Assembly (NCBI GenBank): GCA_018700055.1
Contig: JABISL010000050.1
Location: forward strand, 99,946 to 163,945
Reading direction: 5' to 3'
DNA length: 64,000 bases
From: a bacterium
Lineage (GTDB): Bacteria; Margulisbacteria; Marinamargulisbacteria; UBA817; JABISL01
Positions 19,095-28,821 of this stretch are shown one piece after another; the first letter of the stretch is position 1, and each line of letters starts with the position of its first letter. Under the pieces are notes generated by a model, which saw only the letters and a program-made list of their open reading frames with translations, made no database searches and was not told where the DNA came from. A program made the translations under genes and the position numbers.

Positions 19095-21372
19095 TAATAA
19101 GAACATTAAGCTGGGAAGGAATGGAAATTTCTTCTTCCTCAAAATTCCAAGCGCTAGCTACTACTGTAGTAATTCCCAACTGAGACGCAGCCAATAGCTT
19201 TTGTTCCAATGCTTCTGTGGGAAGCACCTTTCCTAATAGTGATATTTGACCTGCAAACGCGACAGTGGCCTGCAAAGGCAAATCAAGAATAGCCGATAAA
19301 ATAGCCGTAAATACAGCTAACCCCCACCCCTCACCTTTCTTTTCTAACTGCTGCTTGTGAAAATGAACATGCACATCCTGAGACGTTAGTATTTCGGCAG
19401 ATAACCCAAATTCTTTATGGTGGGTCTTAATATAGGAAATCGTCGTTTTGATTGTTTCTTGAAGAAGTGGATCTATATTCCCCGTTGCCAAAATTTGTCC
19501 CGTTCCTGAATAAACTGCCGCTTCAATAGGCAAACAGTTACCAATCATACCCACCGTATAGAGCGCAACCGATCTACCTGAACGCGGTTCGGTTGAGAAA
19601 TTGGGCTTGGAAATCCCTGGCCCCAAGAACTCCTGAATAGTCGTTTCACTTAACTCCGCAGGCAATGGTTCTCCGGACACCTTTTTGAGGGCCAGTTTTC
19701 TTAATAATCGCTGAAAACACCGGTCCAATTCACGCAACCCAACATCTGCTGTGTAGTGTGCGATTAAATGCTCAAGAAATGCACGATTCATCTTAATTTT
19801 AAGTTTGCTAAGCCCATGAGCCTTAATCTGTTTGGGCAAAAGATAATGCTGCGCCAATTCAATTTTTTCGGACAGTGTATACCCAGAGATCTGAATAATT
19901 TCTAATCGATTCAGAAGTGGAGCGGGGATATCACTCATGTTATTGGCCGTACAAATAAATAAGGTTTGGGAAAGGTTAAATGGCACTTGGATATAATGAT
20001 CCATAAATGTGTCATTCTGCTCCGGATCAAGGATTTCCAATAGGACGGAAGAAGGGTCTCCTTTAAATCCAGACGCCATTTTGTCTATCTCATCCAAGAG
20101 TATTACCGGATTGATAGACTGTGCCTTATAGATAGCCGAAATAATTTTGCCTGGTAAGGCGCCAACATACGTCCGTCGATGTCCACGCAAGTCCGCTTCA
20201 TCACGAATCCCACCTAAGGCAATCCGATAGTACTTGCGGTCCAAAGCCTTAGCGACACTTTTTACCACAGATGTTTTACCCACACCTGGAGGGCCAACCA
20301 AACACAAAATATTAGAGGTCGGATTCTTGGATAATTTCTTAACCGCTAGGTATTCAAGGATACGTTCTTTGACATCATCCAATCCAAAATGACGCTTACT
20401 AAGCGTTTCTCTTACCTTATTAATATTCAATCGATTGCGCGTTTGCTTACGCCAAGGAAGGTCCAATACAAAATCTAAATGGGCACGAATTACGCCGGCT
20501 TCAGTGGATTCATCCGGGGACCGTTCCAGTTTATTGATTTCTTTTTCGATCTCTAAATGGGCATCGCTCGTTAGCGCCAGTTCACGAAGTCGCTCTCTAT
20601 ACCGATTAATTTCTTCTTCTTGTGAACTCTGCCCCAACTCCATCTGAATCGCACGGAGCTTGGCCTTTAGCAACATTTCCTTCCGCTCAGTTTCTACATT
20701 ACTCTGTACTATCCCATCAATGCTCTGTTCCAAGTTGGCATCAATAATCAATTGGTTAAGATGGCTCAAAACCTTTTCTAATCGACTACTGACAAGTGTT
20801 TCTTCTAGAATTTCTTGCTTTTCACTAAGATTCAAGTCCAAGTAAGATCCTATAAGATCTGTCAGCTCTGCAGGTTTATCAACGTCCAGAATGGCTAGAA
20901 TCGTATCATCTAAAACCTCTCCTGCCGCATTTAAATGTTCTTTAAATCGTTGGTATACCGTATTGGTTTGAGCGCTTAGGTCTTCAGGTTCTACTTGATC
21001 AAAAACAGGCTCAATATCTGCCAAAAGAATCCCATCGTCAGATAGGTGAATGTTCTTTACCCAGACCTTTTCTTGGCCCTCAACTAAAAGTCGTGCTGGG
21101 CCATCTACTTGATCCTGAAATTGAACGACCTCACAACGGACGCCAATATCATGAAGTTCCTCTTCTGAGATTTGGTCCAAAGTTGTATTGCTACCAATGG
21201 GTCTTTTGGGCAAAACGATAACGCACTCTTTGGGTCCGCCTTCAGGGTCTTCTAGGCTATCATTTGGACAAAATTGAGTTTGGATCTGCTGAACAGTGTT
21301 TGGAAAAACAAACCCTTGTTCGATAGGTACTACAAATCTGGTTGTTGTTGGGGTTTTGGCCACTGGGCTCAC
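19039..21372 (-). CDS. lon: Lon-family AAA+ protein (LonA architecture) with a substituted protease catalytic dyad
   Basis: LAN domain, Walker A GPPGVGKTS, Walker B ILLDEIDK. The protease domain aligns to E. coli Lon, but Ser679 (DGPSAG) reads GEGWGL and Lys722 (GGLKEK) reads EALEQK. Confidence 0.8.
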   Translation of the reverse strand: MSPVAKTPTTTRFVVPIEQGFVFPNTVQQIQTQFCPNDSLEDPEGGPKECVIVLPKRPIGSNTTLDQISEEELHDIGVRCEVVQFQDQVDGPARLLVEGQEKVWVKNIHLSDDGILLADIEPVFDQVEPEDLSAQTNTVYQRFKEHLNAAGEVLDDTILAILDVDKPAELTDLIGSYLDLNLSEKQEILEETLVSSRLEKVLSHLNQLIIDANLEQSIDGIVQSNVETERKEMLLKAKLRAIQMELGQSSQEEEINRYRERLRELALTSDAHLEIEKEINKLERSPDESTEAGVIRAHLDFVLDLPWRKQTRNRLNINKVRETLSKRHFGLDDVKERILEYLAVKKLSKNPTSNILCLVGPPGVGKTSVVKSVAKALDRKYYRIALGGIRDEADLRGHRRTYVGALPGKIISAIYKAQSINPVILLDEIDKMASGFKGDPSSVLLEILDPEQNDTFMDHYIQVPFNLSQTLFICTANNMSDIPAPLLNRLEIIQISGYTLSEKIELAQHYLLPKQIKAHGLSKLKIKMNRAFLEHLIAHYTADVGLRELDRCFQRLLRKLALKKVSGEPLPAELSETTIQEFLGPGISKPNFSTEPRSGRSVALYTVGMIGNCLPIEAAVYSGTGQILATGNIDPLLQETIKTTISYIKTHHKEFGLSAEILTSQDVHVHFHKQQLEKKGEGWGLAVFTAILSAILDLPLQATVAFAGQISLLGKVLPTEALEQKLLAASQLGITTVVASAWNFEEEEISIPSQLNVLIIKDLTELPSLLRSLSSVQ

Positions 21373-21404
21373 TTCCCTTTTTGCTTTCGGTCTTATTACG
21401 GTCT

Positions 21405-22718
21405 CTAAGCGGCTAATTTTGCTTTCGTCTCACTTTTATTATCGATCTCTTTGAGTAATTCTTCACTCAATTCCGTGGACAACTTGTCCTTAATATATTG
21501 AGTGACATTATCTTTAGTAATCGTAATTTTTTTGGCCTTCCCATCTTCTGGGATATTGTACATATGATCCATCATGATTTCTTCGACAATACTTCTTAAG
21601 GCACGGGCCCCAACCTTGCGCTTAATCGCGATCTTGGCTATGAGTACCAATGCATCATCCTTAAACGTTAAGTCTATATTATCCATCTTCATTAGTTTTT
21701 GAAATTGCTTGGTCAAAGCGTTTTGGGGATCCTTGAGGATTGAGAGCAATGCCGTTTCATCCAATTCATGCAGCGGCGCCAAAATTGGTAACCGTCCAAT
21801 AAACTCTGGAATGAGTCCAAATTTCAATAAATCTTCTGGCTGAATCTGCTCAAAGATTGTTTCTCTTTCAGCCGTCACTTCTTTTTGACCGTCTTCGGTC
21901 AAAAAGCCCATAGATCGTTTGTTAATTCGTTTTTCAATTATCTCTTCAACGCCATGAAACGCTCCGCCGGCAATAAACAAGATATTGGCTGTATCTAAGA
22001 GTACAAATTCTTGCTGTGGATGTTTTCGTCCGCCACGTAATGGAACGTTTACCTTGGACCCTTCCAAAAGTTTGAGTAAGGCTTGTTGAACCCCTTCGCC
22101 AGAAACATCTCTTGTAATGGATGCGCTTTCGGATTTTCGAGTAATCTTATCAATTTCGTCCAAATAGATAATGCCTCTCTCTGCTTTTTTCACATCATTA
22201 TCGGCAACCTGAAGCAGGCGCAACAACATGCTTTCCACATCTTCTCCGACATACCCAGACTCGGTAAGTGTCGTGGCATCCGCTATCGTAAACGGCACGT
22301 TCAGTAGCTTGGCTAAGGTCTGAGCAATAAGCGTCTTGCCTGTTCCTGTAGGACCAACCAACATGATGTTACTCTTCTGAAGCTCAGTATCCGGATACGC
22401 ATCGGTCTTTTTGAAAATTCGTTTGTAATGGTTATATACACCAACTGAAATGACTCGTTTAGCGATATCTTGCCCAATAATATGTTTGTTTAGCCACTCA
22501 TTAATTGCCTTAGGCTTGGGAAGAACCATTTGCTCAGCGTCGTCAGCGACGTCGACCGTCTCCGCCTTTTTTTGGCTCTCTTCTTCATGGATAACCGTTG
22601 CGCAAACGTCTATACACTCATCACAAATGTATATGCCTGGACCAGCAACAAGTCGAGTCACTTGGTCTTGGTGCTTGTTACAAAACGAACATACTATCGG
22701 GTCTTTTTCTTTTGTCAT
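21405..22718 (-). CDS. clpX: ATP-dependent Clp protease ATP-binding subunit ClpX
   Basis: N-terminal C4 zinc finger (CSFCNK..CDEC). Walker A GPTGTGKT. Confidence 0.9.
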   Translation of the reverse strand: MTKEKDPIVCSFCNKHQDQVTRLVAGPGIYICDECIDVCATVIHEEESQKKAETVDVADDAEQMVLPKPKAINEWLNKHIIGQDIAKRVISVGVYNHYKRIFKKTDAYPDTELQKSNIMLVGPTGTGKTLIAQTLAKLLNVPFTIADATTLTESGYVGEDVESMLLRLLQVADNDVKKAERGIIYLDEIDKITRKSESASITRDVSGEGVQQALLKLLEGSKVNVPLRGGRKHPQQEFVLLDTANILFIAGGAFHGVEEIIEKRINKRSMGFLTEDGQKEVTAERETIFEQIQPEDLLKFGLIPEFIGRLPILAPLHELDETALLSILKDPQNALTKQFQKLMKMDNIDLTFKDDALVLIAKIAIKRKVGARALRSIVEEIMMDHMYNIPEDGKAKKITITKDNVTQYIKDKLSTELSEELLKEIDNKSETKAKLAA

Positions 22719-22741
22719 TTAAGGTCGCTCACTAAAGGGGG

Positions 22742-23413
22742 TTATTTAGAGCCCTTTTTATTCTTTTTTTTCTTTTCATCCAAATCATGTTTAGTGATTA
22801 CTTGATCAATAAGGCCATAGCTTACTGATTCTTCGGCACTTAAGAAGAAGTCACGGTCCGTATCTTCTTGAATCTTCTTCATTGGTTGTCCCGTTTGATT
22901 CACAAGGATTGTGTTCAATGAATCCTTAAGGCGTTGAATCTCTTGGTTTTGGATTTGGATATCCGATGCTTGTCCTTGTGCGCCACCTAGGGGTTGGTGA
23001 ATCATCACTCGCGCTTGAGGTAAGGCAAACCGTTTTCCCTTTTCGCCTGCTGTAAGTAACAACGCACCCATCGAAGCCGCTTGTCCCATACATATCGTAG
23101 AAACATCACACTTGATATAGTTCATTGTGTCATAAATTGCCAAGCCTGCTGTTACTACGCCGCCCGGACTGTTGATATAGAGGTAAATGTCCTTTTCAGG
23201 GTCTTCCGCTTCTAGAAAAAGCATCTGCGCCACAATGAGGTCGCCCATATTCTCTTCTACCTGTCCTGTTAGAAAAATAATCCGTTCTTTTAAAAGACGA
23301 GAAAAAATATCGTAAGATCTCTCTCCGCGTCCAGTTTGCTCAACAACCATTGGTACTAAACCTGACATAGTATTTATTTTTTTAGACATATTATTCCCTT
23401 TCGTTTCACCCAT
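22742..23413 (-). CDS. clpP: ATP-dependent Clp protease proteolytic subunit ClpP (start may be an internal Met; Lys-rich C-terminal tail)
   Basis: Ser-His-Asp triad context is conserved ([21 protein letters not shown]). Confidence 0.85.
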   Translation of the reverse strand: MGETKGNNMSKKINTMSGLVPMVVEQTGRGERSYDIFSRLLKERIIFLTGQVEENMGDLIVAQMLFLEAEDPEKDIYLYINSPGGVVTAGLAIYDTMNYIKCDVSTICMGQAASMGALLLTAGEKGKRFALPQARVMIHQPLGGAQGQASDIQIQNQEIQRLKDSLNTILVNQTGQPMKKIQEDTDRDFFLSAEESVSYGLIDQVITKHDLDEKKKKNKKGSK

Positions 23414-23476
23414 TAAATTTGTCCCCCCAAGGCTTTCTACATTTTACCTTGGGCGGGATTTAGAAACAATCGATCT

Positions 23477-24763
23477 CTACTTAACTTTGGCTGTTGAAAC
23501 CAACAACTCAATTACTTTTTCTTCTTTGATGGCCGCTTTGACGTTATCCAAATCATATTGAGGACTTTTTTCAAGGTCCGCAACAGTATTGATATCTTTG
23601 ATATTCCATTTGGCCAATGTTGCTTCGATGTCTTCGTTAGAAGGCTCAATTTTTTCTTTTTGAGCCACTTCTTTAAGGACCAATGTGGACTTCACTCTTA
23701 GTTGAGCTGCCTCACGTGTCTCATTACGGATATCATCCATAGTCTTTTGTGTGAATTGCGCATACTGCTCCAGAGTTAACCCTGAATGCTTAAGGTTATG
23801 CTCCATTTGATGCATCGCCATATCCATTTCACGTTGAATCATCGCTTCTGGAATAGTAATCGTCACATTGTTAGTGACCTCAGTAATGATGGCTTCTTTT
23901 AGCTTCGTTTCAGATTCTTTGTCACGGGTTTCTTGTAAGTTCCCTTTGATTTCTGTTTTAAAAAGAGCAACATCTTTTTTCTCACCTGATATTTTTTCGA
24001 CGATCTCTTCCGTTAGTTCAGGAAGTTGTTTTTCACGGATTTCACTAATCTCGATATCAAAGTCTACCGTTTTGCCAGCTACTTCAGGAATATTGAAATC
24101 ATCTGGGTAAGCTACAGTAAATGCTTTTTGAGCACCTGTTTTCAAACCAGTTACTTCGACATCAAACTCAGGTCCGTAATAAGCAGCGCCAATACGTGCG
24201 CCAGAGTTTTCGCGTGTCCATTGCTCATATGCAACGCCATCAATCGTAGCCTTCAAGTTGAATCGAAGAATATCTTCGTCCTTGGCTTCACGAGTAACTT
24301 CATTATATTCCGCATGGTTTTCGCGTAATTTGTCCAATTCCGCTTGAAGATCTTCATCCGTAACCGTTGTAGGTTCTTTGACGACCTTCACACCTTTATA
24401 TTTACCCAATTTAACAATTGGCTCTACTTCCACATCCAGAGTGAATCGAATAGGTTTGTCTTCTTTATATGTTGTAAAATCAACGTTCTGTGGGTAGTCC
24501 ACAACGTCCAACTTAAGTTCTGTAATGGCGTCTTTATAAGCGTCATTAGTTAAGAAGCCTAGTGCCTCTTCCATCAATGGGCCTTTTCCATAGTTTTTTT
24601 CAAATATTACACGGGTTATTTTTCCAGGACGAAATCCAGGAATCTTGGCGTGTTTTTTGACCTTGTGAAAGGCTTTGTCCATACAAGCATCTAGCTTGCT
24701 GTGATCTTCTTCGATCTCAAGACTTACAATGTTTTCTTTACGTTTTGATTTAATTACTTTCAT
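23477..24763 (-). CDS. tig: Trigger factor
   Basis: N-terminal ribosome-binding region with GFRPGK motif. The start was set at MKVIKSK (24763) rather than the ORF-track Met 20 codons upstream. Confidence 0.8.
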   Translation of the reverse strand: MKVIKSKRKENIVSLEIEEDHSKLDACMDKAFHKVKKHAKIPGFRPGKITRVIFEKNYGKGPLMEEALGFLTNDAYKDAITELKLDVVDYPQNVDFTTYKEDKPIRFTLDVEVEPIVKLGKYKGVKVVKEPTTVTDEDLQAELDKLRENHAEYNEVTREAKDEDILRFNLKATIDGVAYEQWTRENSGARIGAAYYGPEFDVEVTGLKTGAQKAFTVAYPDDFNIPEVAGKTVDFDIEISEIREKQLPELTEEIVEKISGEKKDVALFKTEIKGNLQETRDKESETKLKEAIITEVTNNVTITIPEAMIQREMDMAMHQMEHNLKHSGLTLEQYAQFTQKTMDDIRNETREAAQLRVKSTLVLKEVAQKEKIEPSNEDIEATLAKWNIKDINTVADLEKSPQYDLDNVKAAIKEEKVIELLVSTAKVK

Positions 24764-24885
24764 GGTATATCTCCTTTCAAATAGGACATCAATTATGTCG
24801 GTTAGAGATTGTACCACGCGCACGAGTTTGAGGCTATAGATTTGGGCCTATTTTGATTTGGAAGACACTTGTTCTAGGCGCTTAC

Positions 24886-24942
24886 TTCTTAGACTTTTTT
24901 GAGAGACGGCTCTCATCCACTGCCTTCTCTCATTTAATTTGG
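24886..24942. repeat. 57-bp direct-repeat copy A (1 mismatch to copy B), duplicating the 3' end of the tfoX-like gene
   Basis: Seen in sequence: aggcgcttacttcttagNcttttttgagagacggctctcatccactgccttctc at 24886 and 25012. Confidence 0.7.
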
Positions 24943-25011
24943 AGTCCATCAGCCTTTAAGGGCTGAGATCCTCCGCGTTCGGACTGGCAAAGCCAGCTCC
25001 TCTCTCAGCCG

Positions 25012-25068
25012 CAGGCGCTTACTTCTTAGGCTTTTTTGAGAGACGGCTCTCATCCACTGCCTTCTCAA
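25012..25068. repeat. 57-bp direct-repeat copy B, overlapping the 3' end of the tfoX-like CDS
   Basis: See copy A. Confidence 0.7.
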
Positions 25069-25363
25069 TCCATGAGCGGATTTCGTCGGGGTCTTCTAGG
25101 ACTTCTTCGGGGACCTTCCAATAGGACATTGTAACTGGCTTGTTCTTCCCTTCGTATACAAAAGGTTCTGACTCTGCGGATTCATAGTCAGCTCTATTTC
25201 CATCGCCCACTTTGAAGTAAAGCTCATCGTCTATCACGATGGCAAAAAACATGTCGTATTGATACAAGCCAAACCCGCCAAACATCGCCCTGTGTCGAAT
25301 GCCAGGGATATGAGAAAATCGGTCTTCTAGAATATAGTCTAAATAGTCACTGGTTTTGGGCAT
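25019..25363 (-). CDS. TfoX/Sxy N-terminal-domain protein (competence-regulator family)
   Basis: 114 aa with a TfoX_N-like pattern (HRAMFGGFGLYQYDMFFAIV..ELYFKV). Confidence 0.5.
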   Translation of the reverse strand: MPKTSDYLDYILEDRFSHIPGIRHRAMFGGFGLYQYDMFFAIVIDDELYFKVGDGNRADYESAESEPFVYEGKNKPVTMSYWKVPEEVLEDPDEIRSWIEKAVDESRLSKKPKK

Positions 25364-25449
25364 GGGGGTAATATTACAAGAAATCGGGCATTTGAATAGG
25401 ATATTCCCAAACTATAGGCCCTAGTGATATAGTATGTGGCACAAAGCAT

Positions 25450-25525
25450 GCGGGATTAGCTCAGTTGGTAGAGCGCAACCTTGCCAAGGTTGAGGTCGTC
25501 GGTTCGAACCCGATATCCCGCTCCA
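25450..25525 (+). tRNA. tRNA-Gly (anticodon GCC)
   Basis: Folded manually into a cloverleaf: acceptor GCGGGAU/AUCCCGC, anticodon loop UUGCCAA, T-loop GGUUCGAACC, 3' CCA. Confidence 0.9.
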
Positions 25526-25557
25526 TTAGATTAGCTCCGCTTTGGCCTTCGGCGAAG

Positions 25558-25791
25558 ATGGAGCACTTGATGACTAACAAGCCAGATAATCTTACGTTAA
25601 GTGAAAAAATATGTGATGAAAAAGTTTTTTACCACTATATTGAATTTGACCATTTCAAAACATCCTTGAAAGATCAAAAACTGCGTTTCAAAGATATTGT
25701 TGATTTTGAAGATCGAGAGTTTCTTAAGAAGAAGAATCTAAACGGGACTATCGTTAATGGTGTTCATAAATTTTCTATTAACGAAATCTGA
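25558..25791 (+). CDS. Orphan small ORF in an AT-rich region downstream of tRNA-Gly (uncertain)
   Basis: ORF-track entry 25465..25791 is trimmed here to the first Met after the tRNA. No homology recognised. Confidence 0.25.
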   Translation: MEHLMTNKPDNLTLSEKICDEKVFYHYIEFDHFKTSLKDQKLRFKDIVDFEDREFLKKKNLNGTIVNGVHKFSINEI

Positions 25792-25835
25792 AAATCTGTT
25801 CCATAAAACGTCCAGGTTTTGCATATGAAAATGAA

Positions 25836-26081
25836 GTGCGGCTTATTTGTTGTAAGAAAAATATTATCGAACAAAACAAATCTGTTTTATGGCTAAACTA
25901 CGATAAAGCTCTGTTAGAAAATATCAAATTTGATCCTAAGACTTCGGATTGTAGGTTTAATTATTATAGAAAGAAAATTGAGTCTTTGTACATGAAATTT
26001 GCTCCATATATCGTAAAGTCAGACCTATATGATAAAAATGCCCGCTATACCCAATATGTTAGCCCAAACGAAGTGACGTAA
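25836..26081 (+). CDS. Orphan small ORF (uncertain), AT-rich, in a different frame from the preceding ORF
   Basis: ORF only. May be a gene fragment. Confidence 0.2.
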   Translation: MRLICCKKNIIEQNKSVLWLNYDKALLENIKFDPKTSDCRFNYYRKKIESLYMKFAPYIVKSDLYDKNARYTQYVSPNEVT

Positions 26082-27191
26082 TTACCTCAAAAAGACAGTC
26101 GCAGCCTGGTCATAGAGATCAGGATTGGCAGGTAATGTATCCGATAGTGTCTTAAGTTGAGATTGCGCCGCTTTGTAGTCGTCTTCAGAAGAGATTATCG
26201 ATAAAATTTTGTTGGCTATTTTTTTGGGGCAAATATCATTCTGGCGATACTCAGGAACGACTTCGCTTCCCATAATAATGTTAGGTAACCCTATAAAAGG
26301 AAACTTGAATCTTAATAGGTACGTGACAATCAAATAGGAAATCGGCGAAAGGGCACCCATGATCACTTGAGGAATACCTAAAAGTGCCGTTCTGAGGGTC
26401 GCCGTTCCCGCAAAATTAACCACAAAATGGGCACGTGACTCCCAAGGTGTTTCAGAGTCCCACACTGCGATAATATCATCGTGGTTTTTCATAAGGTCCT
26501 CAACTATAGGACGCAGTCTGGTATTGGGACAAACTACCCAACATTTAATAGATTGGTCCGTACTTAATCGTTTGGCAATCTTGCACATCTGAGGGAACAA
26601 GCGTTTAATTTCGGTTTCTCTTGTTCCGGGATTAAAAATAATTACTTTTTGCTCATGTTTAGAGGGAAGTTTGGGATATTTTGGGGTTAGATCCAATGTC
26701 AGTGGGTGACCAAAATAATGACAGTTTGTGGCGCCTAACCCTTCATAAAATTTCCTCTCAGACTCAAATATTGTCACTATTTCGTTGCTGTAGCTAGCTA
26801 GCTTCCGACCCCCACGCTTGTCATTCCAAATCCAAAAATTGGGAGTAATGAGTGTGGATATTGAAATATTGAGCGCTTGCAATGTCTCAGCAATTGCCAA
26901 GTTCATATGCGGATAATCAATAATGATAGCCTTTCTAACGAAGCGTCCTTTTCCAAATTTATGTATCGTATCGAGAAGCTGCTTTTTTTTGTCCTTCTTA
27001 CCCCAGTTTTCGGTAATTCCCACAGCATGACTGTAAGCTGTTTCCATTAAAAAATCATCGGCAACGCCCTGCAGTTTGGCACCGCCAATCGCCGCTATTC
27101 GAGTGTTGGGAGACTTCTTTTTGATTGCCTTTACTAGCTCAGCTCCATAATGGTCTGATGACATTTCACCGGCAATAACCAGGATACTCAT
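26082..27191 (-). CDS. lpxB: Lipid-A-disaccharide synthase
   Basis: N-terminal ILVIAGEMSSDHYGAEL plus GT19-family layout. Confidence 0.85.
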   Translation of the reverse strand: MSILVIAGEMSSDHYGAELVKAIKKKSPNTRIAAIGGAKLQGVADDFLMETAYSHAVGITENWGKKDKKKQLLDTIHKFGKGRFVRKAIIIDYPHMNLAIAETLQALNISISTLITPNFWIWNDKRGGRKLASYSNEIVTIFESERKFYEGLGATNCHYFGHPLTLDLTPKYPKLPSKHEQKVIIFNPGTRETEIKRLFPQMCKIAKRLSTDQSIKCWVVCPNTRLRPIVEDLMKNHDDIIAVWDSETPWESRAHFVVNFAGTATLRTALLGIPQVIMGALSPISYLIVTYLLRFKFPFIGLPNIIMGSEVVPEYRQNDICPKKIANKILSIISSEDDYKAAQSQLKTLSDTLPANPDLYDQAATVFLR

Positions 27192-27193
27192 AT

Positions 27194-28453
27194 CTAGTCT
27201 GTTTCAGATTCTTCGATAGAGGTTTTTTTGGATATGCCTCGAGAAGATCCTTCCTTAAGGAACTCTATTAGCAATTTGATTTGATCGGTTTCACAAGCGC
27301 CTGTTTCGATTTCTTCCAATGCTTGTTTGATATTCATACTGGATCGATAGAGTAGTTTGTAGGCGTTTTTGAGTTCTTTTAACTCTGTCGCTGAGAGTCC
27401 TGCACGACGCAAGCCAACCACATTAAGATTGCGAACATACGCAGGGTTTCCATCACACAACATAAAGGGAGGGACATCTTGAATTAGTCGGGAATACCCG
27501 CCAGACATTGACCCGCGACCTACTCGAACGAATTGATGAACCCCGGTTAAACCACCAATTATCGCCTTATCATCAATCACCACATGGCCGCCAACATGCA
27601 CCATATTAGCTAACGTAGTACTGTTACCCACCACGCAATTGTGTCCAATATGAACATTGGTAAGGAACATATTGTCACTTCCGATTTGAGTGACTTCATT
27701 CTTGCCTGTAGCTCTATTAATCGTTACGTATTCACGAATTTGATTACGATCACCAATTACCACCCAAGATTTTTCGCCCTGATACTTCATGTCTTGTGGA
27801 CCAGATCCAATGACTGAGCCGAAATGAATATGGTTTTCTTCGCCAATCTTGGTCCATTTTTCAATATACACATGAGCTTCTATTCTGGTCTTGTCGCCAA
27901 TCTGAACGTTCTCACCAATGATACTATAAGGGCCAACTATGACGTCCTTTCCTAATATCGCGGTGGGATGAACCGATGCAGTTGGGTGAATCTGAGCCTT
28001 AGTAGGTTGCTGAGTAAGTGTAAAAAGAAGTCCGCCTTCACAAACAATCGCGTCGTTGCATAAGACTTTGCCTTCAAATGTGATGGTTTCTTCTTTGCGT
28101 TTGGTTACTTCTACTTCTATACGAAGTTGATCGCCAGGATTTACATCGCGATGAAACTCTATCTTCTGCGCTTGGGAAAATGTTGGGCGTTGGCCAGACA
28201 AGTCCTTGTTACTCAATAGTATTGTAGTAGCCGCCTGCGTCATGGTTTCTAAGATCAATGCACCGGACATTACGGGACTAGACATTCCATCATCCTGGAA
28301 AAAAGGATCGTTACTACTTACAGATTTGATTGCAATAATACGTTCATTGGGAACCAATTCTAAAATACGATCTAGTAAAAGATGAGGGGTGCGTTGCGAT
28401 AAAACATCTTGCACGTCTGTTGCTGTCATGGGCTTATTATAGTTGATTGCCAC
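27194..28453 (-). CDS. lpxA: Fusion protein: FabZ-like hotdog domain (catalytic His replaced) plus UDP-GlcNAc acyltransferase LpxA
   Basis: N-terminal ~150 aa aligns to FabZ (TPHLLLDRILEL..NDPFFQDDGMSSPVMSGALILETMTQAA), but GHFPG reads DDGMS. The C-terminal left-handed beta-helix has hexapeptide repeats and the LpxA catalytic His context (VHIGHNCVVGN). Confidence 0.8.
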   Translation of the reverse strand: MAINYNKPMTATDVQDVLSQRTPHLLLDRILELVPNERIIAIKSVSSNDPFFQDDGMSSPVMSGALILETMTQAATTILLSNKDLSGQRPTFSQAQKIEFHRDVNPGDQLRIEVEVTKRKEETITFEGKVLCNDAIVCEGGLLFTLTQQPTKAQIHPTASVHPTAILGKDVIVGPYSIIGENVQIGDKTRIEAHVYIEKWTKIGEENHIHFGSVIGSGPQDMKYQGEKSWVVIGDRNQIREYVTINRATGKNEVTQIGSDNMFLTNVHIGHNCVVGNSTTLANMVHVGGHVVIDDKAIIGGLTGVHQFVRVGRGSMSGGYSRLIQDVPPFMLCDGNPAYVRNLNVVGLRRAGLSATELKELKNAYKLLYRSSMNIKQALEEIETGACETDQIKLLIEFLKEGSSRGISKKTSIEESETD

Positions 28454-28737
28454 TATACGGGGTAGTGAAAACCATTTTCCGTCACAATAAGCTTGTCTTC
28501 TACCGTCTGCATTTGAGCCATTGGGGAGTTCTTGCGTTTGCGACGCATAAGCTCATTACGGTATTTGGTGTAGCCTGTCTCTTGAGCACCAATATTGCCA
28601 CTAACCGCCGTTACAGCATCAAAAAGCAGCATTTGATTCTGCAATACCTGATCAAACCCACCTGAACTGTTGAGTTGCGGAATGGATCGTGTAGATTGGG
28701 CTTCCCATAGTGATTTAATTTTTTTGAGTTGTTTCAT
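28453..28737 (-). CDS. Hypothetical protein, 94 aa
   Basis: ORF only. Confidence 0.3.
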   Translation of the reverse strand: MKQLKKIKSLWEAQSTRSIPQLNSSGGFDQVLQNQMLLFDAVTAVSGNIGAQETGYTKYRNELMRRKRKNSPMAQMQTVEDKLIVTENGFHYPV

Positions 28738-28821
28738 AGTGATTTGTCCTGTTTTTAGTCATCACTATATTATCGAGTTGAAACTGGAAAAATTTCAAAA
28801 AATTACTAACCGCTTTCAATA

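Noticed and set aside
20435-20845. Two 60-70-aa ORFs antisense to lon
   Set aside because: They lie inside a well-supported conserved gene on the opposite strand and have low-complexity, Ser/Arg-rich composition typical of antisense artefacts.
25465-25557. 5' part of ORF 25465..25791
   Set aside because: It overlaps the tRNA-Gly gene on the same strand. Only the portion after the tRNA is retained, as a low-confidence ORF.
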